DNA of 64,000 nucleotides from an uncultured Gemmatimonadales bacterium (GCA_963708135.1 OY970192.1:2912001-2976000), one strand, 5' to 3'; counted from the first letter of the stretch, positions 10,516 through 20,636 are shown. Numbers and translations are program-made. The notes: generated by a model from the sequence alone, not told the origin.

Positions 10516-10699
10516 GCCGCAGTCGGTCGTGCCGAAGTCATCCGGCCCGCAGTCCGTCGTGCCGCAGTCATCCGTGCCGCAGTCCGTCGTGCCGCAGTCC
10601 GTCGTGCCGCAGTCCGTCGTGCCGCAGTCCGTCGTGCCGCAGTCCGTCGTGCCGCAGTTGGTCGTGCCGCAGTTGGTCGTGCCGCAGTCAGCCGTTGCC
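10516..10699. repeat. 15-bp tandem array (GCCGCAGTCCGTCGT), about 12 units
   Basis: Directly visible; central units are perfect and outer units degenerate. Confidence 0.95.
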
Positions 10700-10727
10700 C
10701 GATTTCCGGAGGAGGTCCGAACCGCTC

Positions 10728-11480
10728 CTACAACCTCCGTTTGTATTCCGCCAGCGCGGCATCCAGCCGCTCGCGGGCGGTGGTGTCGCCGGGGATGTTG
10801 TGTGAGGGGTGAATGTGGAGGTGCTCACCGCGCTCGACGAGCAGCTCGCCCACGGTGGTGATCGTCATCCATACGATGGTGACAAACGCCATTGTCGAGA
10901 GCGGGCCCAGGCGGTCCACGTGCCCGGCGACGGGTACGCTCGCGTCCGCGGCCGGGACCCGGCTGTCGATCACGATGTCGGCGAGCTCGAAGAGCTTCCT
11001 GCCCGAGGAGTGGCGCGGCGGCTCGTCGGCGAACGCGGCGGCGGAGCCGGCGACGACCACCTTCATTCCCCGCTCACGCGCCTCGAGCGCGATGTCGATG
11101 TTCACGGGATTGAGCCCCGAGTGGGAGAAGATCCACATCGTGTCGCGCGCGTCGAAGTCGTACGCCTTCATGATCTCGCGGCCGTAGCCCTCCGCGCGCT
11201 CGAGGAAGAGGAACTGGTGGATCCCCATCTCGCCGGTGATGTGCGTGAAGAAGGTGAGCGGCAGCTCGATCATCGGGTGGAAGCCGACGAACCCGCCGAT
11301 GCGCGGGTACATCTCCTCCACCGGCAGCGTCGCGTGGCCGCAGCCGAACGTGTGGACCCAGCGCCCCGCGGCGATGGAGTCCGCCATGGTGGTGGCGGCG
11401 GCGCGGATGGCGTCCAGCTGCGTCGCCTCGATCCGGTCCAGGGCGGCGCGGGCTTCCTTCAGCCAGTCGTCGGCGAGCAT
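10728..11480 (-). CDS. SIS-domain sugar isomerase (UPF0309-like)
   Basis: HTFGCGHA..EEMYPRIGG, FSHSGLN and ADIVIDS; start reassigned to MLADDW at 11480. Confidence 0.88.
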   Translation of the reverse strand: MLADDWLKEARAALDRIEATQLDAIRAAATTMADSIAAGRWVHTFGCGHATLPVEEMYPRIGGFVGFHPMIELPLTFFTHITGEMGIHQFLFLERAEGYGREIMKAYDFDARDTMWIFSHSGLNPVNIDIALEARERGMKVVVAGSAAAFADEPPRHSSGRKLFELADIVIDSRVPAADASVPVAGHVDRLGPLSTMAFVTIVWMTITTVGELLVERGEHLHIHPSHNIPGDTTARERLDAALAEYKRRL

Positions 11481-11502
11481 TGCGTCGCTTTCGCTTCGGT
11501 GT

Positions 11503-12705
11503 TCAGGAGGACGCCGCGGCCGGCTGCGCGACGAGCCGGCGGCGTGCGGCCGTGAAGAGGACGGCGATGGCGAGGAGGCTCGCCGGGATGAGCAGGAACG
11601 AGGCGCGCAGCCCCGCCCTCTGGCCGAGCACCCCCGTCGCCCACGGCAGCACGGTCCCACCCGCCAGCGCCATGACGGTCACGAGGCTGAACGCGGTGCC
11701 GGAGATCTCCGGGTAGCGCTCGCCCACGTAGCCGAGCACGATCGGGAAGACACCGGCGAAGCCGGCGCCGAGCAGCACGGCGCCGACCGCGGCGGCGGGG
11801 GCCCCCGTCGCCCCGATCAGCAGGAACGCCGCGGCGGCGGCGAGCGCGATCGAGGCGAAGAGCACCGGCGCCGGCGCCACGCGGCGGAGCACGGCGCCGA
11901 GCGCCAGCCGCGCGGCCGTCATCCCCGCCCAGTACAGCGAGAGGAAGAAGAGCGCCCGCGACGCGGGGAGGGCGAGTCCCTCCTGCACGTAGGCGGCGGT
12001 CCAGCCGCCGGCCGTGATCTCGACGCCGCTCTCGAAGAAGAGCATGAGGCCGAGGAGCAGCAGCGCGGGATCGCGCAGCAGCCCGACGGCCCGCGCCAGC
12101 GGGAGCCCCCGGGGCTGCTTGGGCGCGGGAAAGCGGATGGCGGCCGCGAACAGCGCCGGGAGCGCGACGACGGCGCCGATCCCCGCCACCACCGCGCCGT
12201 AGCCCGCGCGGCCGAGCAGCACCCCCAGCACGAACGGCATGCCGAGCGCGCCGATGCCGAAGAAGACGCCCACCACGGCGAGCGCCGCGCTCTTCCCCTC
12301 CCCGCTGATGTCGGCCACGAGCGCGTTCGTGCCGCCGTTCACCACCCCGCCGCCGAAGCCGACGAGAAGGATCGCGGGTACGAGCAGCGCTCGTGTGGGC
12401 GCGAAGGCGAGCCCCTCCAGGCCGATCGCGATGAGGGCGATGCAGGCGGCGAGCAGTCCCTTGTAGCCGTAGCGGTCCACGATCGGGCCGAACACCACCG
12501 AGCCGGCGAGAATGGCCAGGCTCATGACGGCGAAGAGCGAGCCGGCCGCGCTCCGGTCCAGCCCGAAGCGGCCGATCAGCGAGGGAAGCAGCGAGCCGAG
12601 CGCGGTCAGCACCACCCCGAACGCCAGCATCGCGAGACACGCGGCGGCGAAGACACGGCGCCGGTCGTACGCCACGGCCACGGGACCGGGACCGGGTCGC
12701 TCCAC
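11503..12705 (-). CDS. MFS sugar transporter (FucP/TsgA-like)
   Basis: About 12 hydrophobic segments; motif A GPIVDRYGYK; ESGVEITAGGW. Confidence 0.9.
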   Translation of the reverse strand: MERPGPGPVAVAYDRRRVFAAACLAMLAFGVVLTALGSLLPSLIGRFGLDRSAAGSLFAVMSLAILAGSVVFGPIVDRYGYKGLLAACIALIAIGLEGLAFAPTRALLVPAILLVGFGGGVVNGGTNALVADISGEGKSAALAVVGVFFGIGALGMPFVLGVLLGRAGYGAVVAGIGAVVALPALFAAAIRFPAPKQPRGLPLARAVGLLRDPALLLLGLMLFFESGVEITAGGWTAAYVQEGLALPASRALFFLSLYWAGMTAARLALGAVLRRVAPAPVLFASIALAAAAAFLLIGATGAPAAAVGAVLLGAGFAGVFPIVLGYVGERYPEISGTAFSLVTVMALAGGTVLPWATGVLGQRAGLRASFLLIPASLLAIAVLFTAARRRLVAQPAAASS

Positions 12706-12706
12706 T

Positions 12707-13669
12707 CTAGTCCTCGCCCGAGGCGACGGCGTTCAGCGCGAGCCGCGCCGCGCCCGCCAGCGCCGCATCCGCGCCGAGCGCCGCCGGCTCGAGCGCCACC
12801 TCGCGCATGGCCAGCGGCTGTGCCCAGCGCTCCGCCTCCGCGCGGATCTCGGGCAGGTAGCGCACCGCCGGGCCGAAAACGCCGCCGCCGAACACGATCT
12901 TCTCGGGGTTGAAGACGCTGACGAGGTTGGCCACCGCCATGCCCCAGTAGGCGACGGCGTCCTCGATCACCCGCGCCGCCAGCCGATCCCCCTTCGCCGC
13001 CGCGGCGAAGACATCGCGCCCCGTGAGCGAGGCCGCCCCGCGCGCCAGGGTGCCGCCGTAGTTCGGCACGACCTCCGCCATCTGGCGCGAGACCGTGGCG
13101 AGGCCGGGGCCCGAGGCATGGTACTCGAGGCAGCCCACGTCGCGGTAGGGCTCGAGCCAGGGCCGCGAGAGCGCCATCCAGCCGATCGCCCCCGCAATGT
13201 CCGAGCGGCCGCGCAACACCCGGCCGTCCACGAGGATGCCGGCGCCGATCCCGGTGCCGACCGAGAGGAAGATGGCGTCCCGGGCACCCTTAGCCGCCCC
13301 CAGCCACACCTCGCCCAGGATGCAGCACGCGCGGTCGCTGTCCACGCGTACCGCGACGCCCTCGCCTGCGACCGCCTGGAGCTCGCCGAGCAACGGGTAG
13401 TCCTTCCAGCCGGGGATGTTCGGCGCCCACACCGTGCCCGTGGCCGCCCGGAACACGCCAGGGACGCCCGCCCCCACCGCCTCCAGCGGCGCGCCATCCG
13501 CCTCGAGCGCCGCCGCGACCGAGCGCAGCAGCTCCACCGCCAGCGCCCCGACCGCCTTGCCCTCCCGCCCCTCCAGCCCGGCCTCCTCGCGCACCTGCAG
13601 GTCCCCCGCGGCGTCGAAGGCGGCCGCGGCGATCTTGGTGCCGCCGATATCGAGGGCAATGACGGGCAT
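12707..13669 (-). CDS. ROK-family sugar kinase
   Basis: ALDIGGTKI, VGTGIGAG, GCLEYHASG, NPEKIVFGGG; no N-terminal HTH. Confidence 0.92.
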   Translation of the reverse strand: MPVIALDIGGTKIAAAAFDAAGDLQVREEAGLEGREGKAVGALAVELLRSVAAALEADGAPLEAVGAGVPGVFRAATGTVWAPNIPGWKDYPLLGELQAVAGEGVAVRVDSDRACCILGEVWLGAAKGARDAIFLSVGTGIGAGILVDGRVLRGRSDIAGAIGWMALSRPWLEPYRDVGCLEYHASGPGLATVSRQMAEVVPNYGGTLARGAASLTGRDVFAAAAKGDRLAARVIEDAVAYWGMAVANLVSVFNPEKIVFGGGVFGPAVRYLPEIRAEAERWAQPLAMREVALEPAALGADAALAGAARLALNAVASGED

Positions 13670-13792
13670 GGACGGGGATCAGGGGTCAGAGGGGTCGGGA
13701 TCAGGGCTGCCGGTGGCAGGATGGGTGCGGGCGGGCGTTGGCGCAATGCGATGCCGAGGAGCGCCGCGGGTCACCCGGGCCGGGCGAACGGC

Positions 13793-14228
13793 GAGAGTGG
13801 GCGAGTGGGAGAGTGGGAGACGGGCCGACTTCTACGAGCGCCGCGCGTCACCCGAACGACAAGAGTGGGCGAGTGGGAGAGTGGGAGACGGGCCGACTTC
13901 TACGAGCGCCGCGCGTCACCCGAACGGCGAGAGTGGGCGAGTGGGAGAGTGGGAGACGGGCCGACTTCTACGAGCGCCGCGCGTCACCGCGCCCGGGAGA
14001 CGCGCCCGGCGTCCGCAAGTCCTCGTCCCGCGCGCGCCGGCTTCGTCTTCCGCGCCCGGCAACCGGAGGAACGCCGGCCGGTCCGCCGCGTCCCGCACTC
14101 TCCCACTCCCCCACTCTAGCTTCCTCGTCCCGCGCGCGCCGGCTTCGTCTTCCGCGCCCGGCAACCGGAGGAACGCCGGCCGGTCCGCCGCGTCCCGCAC
14201 TCTCCCACTCCCCCACTCCCCCACTCTC
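13793..14228. repeat. G-tract/C-tract cassette (copy 2): 68-bp left unit x3, core, 102-bp right unit x2
   Basis: AGAGTGGGCGAGTGGGAGAGTGGGAGACGGG.. starts at 13794, 13862 and 13930; CCTCGTCCCG..CTCCCACTCCCCCACTC starts at 14021 and 14123. Confidence 0.92.
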
Positions 14229-14232
14229 GAAC

Positions 14233-14451
14233 TCAGCTCCGCGGCGCTCCCTCACGGGCCGCGCAGCCGAACAGGCGGGCACGCCCGAGGATCCGCTCGA
14301 GGGGACAGAGGCGGGTAAAGCTCGACTGGAGCAGGTTCGTGCCCACGAAGGCGGTGAAGAGGAACCACCAGGGGCTCACCCACCAGCCGAGGGCCAGGGA
14401 GGCGAGGACGAAGACGCCGGCAAAGCGGCGGATGACGCGGTCGTCGCACAT
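14233..14451 (-). CDS. DUF2892 (YgaP-like) small membrane protein
   Basis: RVIRRFAGVFVLASL..FVGTNLLQSSFTRLCPL pattern with conserved Cys. Confidence 0.88.
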   Translation of the reverse strand: MCDDRVIRRFAGVFVLASLALGWWVSPWWFLFTAFVGTNLLQSSFTRLCPLERILGRARLFGCAAREGAPRS

Positions 14452-14462
14452 GGGTCGGACTC

Positions 14463-14753
14463 CTAGAAGAAGGTCTCGGTGGGGAGCACGGCCACGTGCA
14501 GGCGGTCTCCCTCGTCCAGCCGCGCGGCCTCCTGGCGCAGCGCGGCCGTCAGCTCCTCGACGCGCGGCTCGGGCAGGATGCTGAAGTAGACGGACGCATC
14601 CCCGGGCCAGGCGCGGGTGCCCTCGCGCCTGCCGGTGTGGCCGGCGCCGTGGGCCTGCTTGAGCTCGGTCCAGCCGTCGGCGCGATGCTCGTCAAGCAGC
14701 GTCGGCACCAGCCGGGGCTCGGACCCGCTGTAGATGATCAGCAGCATCTTCAT
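14463..14753 (-). CDS. PII-like (DUF3240-type) small protein
   Basis: MKMLLIIYSG..GWTEL..AHGAGHTG..GTRAWPG; overlaps the 3' end of the RND gene. Confidence 0.7.
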   Translation of the reverse strand: MKMLLIIYSGSEPRLVPTLLDEHRADGWTELKQAHGAGHTGRREGTRAWPGDASVYFSILPEPRVEELTAALRQEAARLDEGDRLHVAVLPTETFF

Positions 14754-17700
14754 GGCGGGGCTCCCTCGCAATCTGGCGGCGGCCGAGCTCCCAGTAGAGC
14801 AGCGGCACGACGACCATGGTGAGCAGCGTGGCCACGACGGCGCCGCTGATGAGCGCGACGGCGAGGCCCTGGAAGATCGGATCGAGGATCATGACCAGCC
14901 CGCCGAGCACGACGGCCGCGGCGGTCAGCGCGATCGGCCGGAAGCGGACGGCGCCCGCCTCGAGCACGGCATCCGCCAGCGGCCGGCCGCGCTCCTGCGC
15001 GAGCTGGATGAAGTCCACGAGCAGGATCGAGTTGCGCACGATGATGCCGGCCAGCGCGATCATGCCGATCATCGACGTGGCGGTGAAGAACGCGCCCGTC
15101 AGCGCGTGCCCGGGCAGGATCCCGATCAGCGTGAGCGGGATCGGCGCCATGATGACGAGCGGCACCTTGAAGGACTGGAACCAGCCGACGACCAGCACGT
15201 AGATCAGCACCAGCACGGCGGCGAAGGCGAGGCCGAGGTCGCGGAACACCTCGATGGTGACCTGCCATTCGCCATCCCACTTCATGGCGGTCTCGTCCAG
15301 CCGGTCCGGCTGCACCGCGTTGTAGCGGGCGATCTTCGCCCCCTCCACGCGGATGTCGTCCAGCTTCCGGTTCATGGCCAGGATGGCGTAGACCGGGCTC
15401 TCGATGCTGCCGGCGACGTCGCCCGTCACGTAGATCGTGGGCCGCAGGTTCTTGCGCATGCGCACGCTCTGGCGCACGCCGTCCACGACGCGCACGAAGC
15501 GGCCGAGCGGCTGCGGGCCCATGGCCGTGGCCACGGGAATCGAGAGCAGCGCGTCCACCGAGGAGCGCTCCGGCAGCGCCAGCCGCGGCACGATGGCCAC
15601 ACCCTCCCTGGCCCGCTCCGACGGCGCGATGCCGACCGGCGCGCCGGAGAGCGCCATGGCCAGCGTCGCCGAGATCTGCTCGACGCTCGCCCCCGCCCGC
15701 GCCGCCAGCACGCGGTCCACGCGGAACGTGCGCCGCGCCTCGGGCGCCTCCACGGTCCAGTCCACGTCCACGACCCCGGGCGTCGTCTCGAACACCCGCC
15801 TGACCTGGCGCGCCGCCTCGAGCCGCGCCGAGTCGTCGGCCGCGTAGATCTCCGCCACCAGCGTGGACAGCACGGGCGGGCCGGGCGGGATCTCGGCCAC
15901 CTTCGCGCTGGCGCCGTAGAGCCGCGCGATCGAGTCGATCCCCGGCCGCACCGCCACGGCGATGGCGTGGCTCTGCCGGCTCCGGTCGCCCTTCGCGACC
16001 AGGTTCACCTGCACGTCCGCCACATTGGCGCCGCGGCGCATGAAGTAGTGCCGCACCAGCCCGTTGAAGTTGAACGGCGCGGCGGTGCCCGCGTACACCT
16101 CGGTGCTCCGCACCTCGGGGACGCCGCGGACGTACGCGGCCACCTCGGCGGCCAGCGCCTGGCTGGTCTCGAGGGTCGTGCCCTCCGGCAGGTCGAGCAC
16201 CACCTGGAACTCGCTCTTGTTGTCGAAGGGCAGCATCTTCACCTGCACCACCTTCAACGCGACGAGCGCCATGGAGGCGACGAGCAGCCCGCCGACCGTC
16301 CCGTAGAACGCCAGCCGCCGGCGCCGGTCGCGCATGAGCGGCAGCATGATGCGGGCGTAGAGGTGCGCGAAGCGGCCCCGCTCCTCCGGCTCGTGCGCCC
16401 GGTCGTGCGGCCGCGTCTCGCGGCCCACGTGCCCGCGCAGCAGCCGGAAAGCGACGAACGGCGTGACGATGAACGCTACCGCCAGCGAGGCGAGCATTGC
16501 CACCGAGGCACCCACGGGGATCGGCTTCATGTACGGGCCCATGAGCCCGGAGACGAAGGCCATCGGCAGGATGGCGGCGATCACCGTGAACGTGGCCAGG
16601 ATGGTCGGGTTGCCCACCTCGTCCACGCCTTCGACCGCCGCCACGTCGGGCGGCCGGTCCCCCATCTTCATGTGCCGGTAGATGTTCTCCACCACCACGA
16701 TCGCGTCGTCCACGAGGATGCCGATCGAGAAGATCAGCGCGAACAGCGTGATCCGGTTCAGCGTGTAGCCGAGCGCGTAGTAGGCGAAGAGCGTGAGCGC
16801 GAGCGTGACCGGCACGGCCACCAGCACCACCATCGCCTCGCGCCACCCCAGGAACAGGCCGATGAGGAGCGTCACGGACAGCGTCGCGATGCCCAGGTGC
16901 AGCATCAGCTCGCGCGCCTTGTCCGCCGCCGTCTCGCCGTAGTCGCGCGTGACGGCCATCCCGACGTCCGCCGGGATCAGCCGCGCGCTCGACTGCCGCA
17001 CGCGCGCGAGCACCGCCTCCGCCACGCGCGTGGCGTTCGCGCCCTTCCGCTTGGCCACCGCGATCGTGACCGCCTGCTCCGGCTGGCCGCCCCGCGGCGC
17101 GTGCGAGACGTAGCTCGTCGGATCGCCGAAGCCCGCGCGCACATCCGCCACGTCGCGTACGTACACGGGCGCGCCGCCGCGTGCCGAGACCACCACGCCG
17201 CCCACGTCGGCGGCCGTGGCGAGGGCCGCGCCGACATCGACGCGGTAGACGCGGTCGGCGCTCGCCAGCTCGCCCGCCTGGAGCCGCGCGTTGGCGCCCG
17301 CGAGCGCCGCCGCCACCTCGCCCGGCGTCACGCCGCGCGCCGCCAGCCGCGCCGGATCGATGGCGACGAGCAGCTCCTTCGGCTCGCCCCCGACGACGAA
17401 CGTCCGCGCCACATCGGGGATCGTGCGGATCCGGTCCTCCACGTGGAGCGCCACCTGCCTGAGCTCGTTCGAGCCGTAGCGCGCCGAGTGCAGCGTGAGC
17501 GTGAGGATCGGCACATCGTCGATCGAATGCGGCTGGACACGCGCCGGAAGCGCGCCGGCCGGCAGCTCCTCCACGGCCGAGGCGAGCTTGGCCCGCACCG
17601 CCGCCACGCTCCGGTCCTGGTCCTCGCCCACCTTGAATCGCACGGTCACAAGCGCAAAGCCGTCGCCGCCGGTCGAGTAGACGTAGTCCACTCCCGGGAT

Positions 17701-17928
17701 CTCCCACATCCGCCGCTCGATCGGCCGCGCCAGCAGGTTCTCCGTCTCCTTCGGCGTCGCGCCGGGGAGCGCATCGACGACGTCGATCATCGGCACCGAG
17801 ATCTGCGGCTCCTCCTCGCGCGGCGTGGCGACCAGCGCCAGCACGCCCACGGCGAGGGCGGCGATGGTGACCAGCGGCGTCAGCTTCGAGTGCAGGAACG
17901 CCCGCGCGATACGGCCCGAGATGCCCAT
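14692..17928 (-). CDS. RND efflux transporter permease (AcrB/CusA superfamily)
   Basis: TPREEEPQISVPMID, GILVDDAIVVVENI, GIIVRNSILLVDF, RFRPIALT; start reassigned to MGISGRIA. Confidence 0.95.
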   Translation of the reverse strand: MGISGRIARAFLHSKLTPLVTIAALAVGVLALVATPREEEPQISVPMIDVVDALPGATPKETENLLARPIERRMWEIPGVDYVYSTGGDGFALVTVRFKVGEDQDRSVAAVRAKLASAVEELPAGALPARVQPHSIDDVPILTLTLHSARYGSNELRQVALHVEDRIRTIPDVARTFVVGGEPKELLVAIDPARLAARGVTPGEVAAALAGANARLQAGELASADRVYRVDVGAALATAADVGGVVVSARGGAPVYVRDVADVRAGFGDPTSYVSHAPRGGQPEQAVTIAVAKRKGANATRVAEAVLARVRQSSARLIPADVGMAVTRDYGETAADKARELMLHLGIATLSVTLLIGLFLGWREAMVVLVAVPVTLALTLFAYYALGYTLNRITLFALIFSIGILVDDAIVVVENIYRHMKMGDRPPDVAAVEGVDEVGNPTILATFTVIAAILPMAFVSGLMGPYMKPIPVGASVAMLASLAVAFIVTPFVAFRLLRGHVGRETRPHDRAHEPEERGRFAHLYARIMLPLMRDRRRRLAFYGTVGGLLVASMALVALKVVQVKMLPFDNKSEFQVVLDLPEGTTLETSQALAAEVAAYVRGVPEVRSTEVYAGTAAPFNFNGLVRHYFMRRGANVADVQVNLVAKGDRSRQSHAIAVAVRPGIDSIARLYGASAKVAEIPPGPPVLSTLVAEIYAADDSARLEAARQVRRVFETTPGVVDVDWTVEAPEARRTFRVDRVLAARAGASVEQISATLAMALSGAPVGIAPSERAREGVAIVPRLALPERSSVDALLSIPVATAMGPQPLGRFVRVVDGVRQSVRMRKNLRPTIYVTGDVAGSIESPVYAILAMNRKLDDIRVEGAKIARYNAVQPDRLDETAMKWDGEWQVTIEVFRDLGLAFAAVLVLIYVLVVGWFQSFKVPLVIMAPIPLTLIGILPGHALTGAFFTATSMIGMIALAGIIVRNSILLVDFIQLAQERGRPLADAVLEAGAVRFRPIALTAAAVVLGGLVMILDPIFQGLAVALISGAVVATLLTMVVVPLLYWELGRRQIAREPRHEDAADHLQRVRAPAGADAA

Positions 17929-17929
17929 G

Positions 17930-18967
17930 TCAGGACACCCCCGCCGGCCGCGCCGGCACGACCACCTGCTCGCCGTCGCGCAGGCCCGAGACCACCTCCA
18001 CCGCATCGCCGGCCGCGTTTCCCGTCCGCACCCAGCGCAGCTCCGTGCCCGACGCGGACCGGACGTAGACGCCCGTCAGGTCTTCCTGCCGCACCAGCGC
18101 GGCCGCCGGGACGGTGATCGCCGGCCGCTCGTCGCGCGGCAACGAGAGCGAGGCCGCGCTCCCCGCGGCGAAGCGGCCCTCCCGGTTGTCCACGATGGCG
18201 TTCACGCGCGCCAGGCTGCCGCCCGGCGCCGGCACCACGCCCTCGATCACGGCGCGCGCCGGAACATCCTCGAGCGTCACGGCCACGGTGTCGCCGCGCC
18301 TGAGCCCGCGCACGTCCGCGGGCGGCGCGCTCGCCGTGACCCGGAGCCGCGAGGCGTCCTGGATCACAAGCAGCGGCGCGCCCGGCGCCGCGAAGCCGCC
18401 GGCGTCCACGTGACGCTCCGTCACCACGCCCGCGAACGGCGCGCGCACCTCCGCATAGTCCCGCACCGCCGCGACCTCGGCCCCGCTCGCCCGCGCCGTG
18501 GCCACCGCCGCCTCCGCGCGCGCCAGCCCGGTCTCCGCCGCATCGAGCTGCGCCTTCGTGGCTGCCTGCTCGCCGTACAGCGCGCGCATGCGACCGGCCT
18601 GCGTGGCCGCCTCCGCGCGCACCGCCTCCGCCTCGCCGAGCGCCGCCTCCGTCTGCGCCGCCTTCGCCGCCAGGTCGCGCGCGTCGACGCGCAGCAGCAG
18701 CTGGCCCGCGCGCACCCGGTCGCCCTCGTGGACGAGCACCTCGGTGACCGTGCCCATCAGCTTCGTGGCGAGCGTCGCCTCCGCGATCGGCGCGGCCGTG
18801 CCCGACGCCTCGAGCGTCGCCGCCATCGGAGTCAAGTGCACCGTGTAGAGCGTGCCCCGCGGGCCTGCATCCGCCCGCGCCGCCGGGGCCCCTCGCTCAC
18901 CGCCCCCGCACGCGGCCAGCCCGAGCGCGGCGAGCAGCAGCGCTCCGCCGGTCGTCGTCTTCATCAT
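17930..18967 (-). CDS. RND periplasmic adaptor (membrane fusion lipoprotein)
   Basis: Lipobox LAAC; VHEGDRVRAGQLL and VRAPFAGVV lipoyl motifs; VEVVSGLRDGEQVV. Confidence 0.93.
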   Translation of the reverse strand: MMKTTTGGALLLAALGLAACGGGERGAPAARADAGPRGTLYTVHLTPMAATLEASGTAAPIAEATLATKLMGTVTEVLVHEGDRVRAGQLLLRVDARDLAAKAAQTEAALGEAEAVRAEAATQAGRMRALYGEQAATKAQLDAAETGLARAEAAVATARASGAEVAAVRDYAEVRAPFAGVVTERHVDAGGFAAPGAPLLVIQDASRLRVTASAPPADVRGLRRGDTVAVTLEDVPARAVIEGVVPAPGGSLARVNAIVDNREGRFAAGSAASLSLPRDERPAITVPAAALVRQEDLTGVYVRSASGTELRWVRTGNAAGDAVEVVSGLRDGEQVVVPARPAGVS

Positions 18968-20562
18968 CGCTCCGTCCCATCGTCAAGGGTGTCCAGCCTC
19001 GAGAGGACCGCCGGGTCCTGCCCCGTGTCCCGCAGCCGCTCCGCCTCCGCCACGATCGCGTCGTAGCGCGCTCCGCTCAGCGCCAGCGACGCCCGCGTCT
19101 CCACCGCGGCCGCGTCGAGCAGCTCCAGCACCGTGGCCAGGCCGCCCTCGTACTTCTTCGTCACGATGCGGTGCGCCTCCGCGCTCTGCGCGGCCGCCCG
19201 CTCCGCGATGGCCAGCCGCGCCAGCGCCACCTCGCGCGCGTTCTCCGCCCGCTCCGCCTCCAGCCGACCGCCCGCCGCCGCCTCCTCCGCGCCCGCCCGC
19301 GCCGCCGCGCGCCGCCCCGCCGCCGCCCGCACCTCCGCCACCTGCGAGGCGCCCGCGAACGGGGACCACGACGCCATCACGCCCACCGTCCAGTTCCGCT
19401 TCTCCCCCCACGACCACCCGGCCGCGTTCCAGTCATAGCGCGCGAACGCGTTCACCCGCGGCAGCAGCAGCGACTCCGCCCGCCGCACGTCCAGCCGCGC
19501 CGCCGCCAGCGCCTCGCGCGCCGCGACCACGTCCGCCCGCCCCTCGACGCCCGCGAGCGCCGCCGCGGATGCGGCAGCGCTCGCCGGGAGTGCCGCATCG
19601 GATGCGGGGCCCGACGGCCCCGCCGGGACCGCGCCCCCCCCAGCCGCCGCCTCCAGGTCCGCCGCCGACGGCCCAGCCGGCGACGCCGCCACCAGCGCGC
19701 GGATCGCCGCCGGCGTAGGAAGCCGCGCCGGAAGCGCGAACGCGACGTCGCCTGGCGCACCCATGACGAGCGCCAGCTGACTGCGCGCCAGCCGCGCGTC
19801 CCCCCGCGCCCCCACCAGCTTCGCGTCCACCTCGCCCGCCTTCACCGAGGCCAGCAGCGCGTCCGACCTCGTGGCCAGGCCATTCGCCACGAGCGCATCC
19901 GCCTGCCTCACGTGCGCGTGCGCCGCCCCCGCGGCCGCCTCGAGCGTCGCCACCTGCTCCGCGGCCAGCACCGCGCCGTAGTACGCCCGCACCACGTCCA
20001 CCCGCGTCCCCAGCCGCGTCCACCTCTCCGATGCCGCCCCCGCCGCCGCCGCGTGCCCGGCCGCCAACCGACCGATGTGCGCATCCGCGTTCAGAACCGG
20101 CTGCTCGACAACGACACCCGCCGTGTGGTTCGTCGTGGCCGCCGGGTCGTTCAGCCGCGCCGGGTCGAAGTCCGCCTGCTCGATGCGACGCTGCCGGAGC
20201 GCCACGCCGAACGCGCCGATCGGGTCCGTCGTCCGCATGTAACCCGCCTCGAAGCGCAGCGTCGGCAGGATGCCCTGGAGCGCCGCCACCGGCCGCGCCC
20301 CCTCTTCCTCCGCCCGTCCCGCCGCCACGCGGTTGGCATATGCCGCCCCGTCCGCCCGCGCGAGCGCCGCCTCCAGCGTGAGAAGCGGCGCGGCCGGCGC
20401 CGTCGCGACCACGGCCGAAGCCTGCCGCCCCGCCGCCGCCGGCGCGCCCGGCCCCGACGACTCTCGCGCCGCCGGTACGGCGGCCTGCTGCGCCGCAGCC
20501 GGAAGCGCCAGCGCCAACGCCGCCACGGCGCCAACGACCTCCATCGTGATCCTCGAGCGCAC
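18964..20562 (-). CDS. TolC-family outer membrane efflux protein
   Basis: Signal peptide; two OEP repeats (NGLATRSDALLA, YEGGLATVLELLDA); probable GTG start at 20562 behind a GAGGAAGGA RBS. Confidence 0.88.
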   Translation of the reverse strand: MRSRITMEVVGAVAALALALPAAAQQAAVPAARESSGPGAPAAAGRQASAVVATAPAAPLLTLEAALARADGAAYANRVAAGRAEEEGARPVAALQGILPTLRFEAGYMRTTDPIGAFGVALRQRRIEQADFDPARLNDPAATTNHTAGVVVEQPVLNADAHIGRLAAGHAAAAGAASERWTRLGTRVDVVRAYYGAVLAAEQVATLEAAAGAAHAHVRQADALVANGLATRSDALLASVKAGEVDAKLVGARGDARLARSQLALVMGAPGDVAFALPARLPTPAAIRALVAASPAGPSAADLEAAAGGGAVPAGPSGPASDAALPASAAASAAALAGVEGRADVVAAREALAAARLDVRRAESLLLPRVNAFARYDWNAAGWSWGEKRNWTVGVMASWSPFAGASQVAEVRAAAGRRAAARAGAEEAAAGGRLEAERAENAREVALARLAIAERAAAQSAEAHRIVTKKYEGGLATVLELLDAAAVETRASLALSGARYDAIVAEAERLRDTGQDPAVLSRLDTLDDGTER

Positions 20563-20636
20563 GGTTTCCTTCCTCTCCCGCGCGCGCCGCGCGCGGGCTG
20601 CGTGGTCCACTTCAGCCATCCCGTCCTCGTCGCTCC

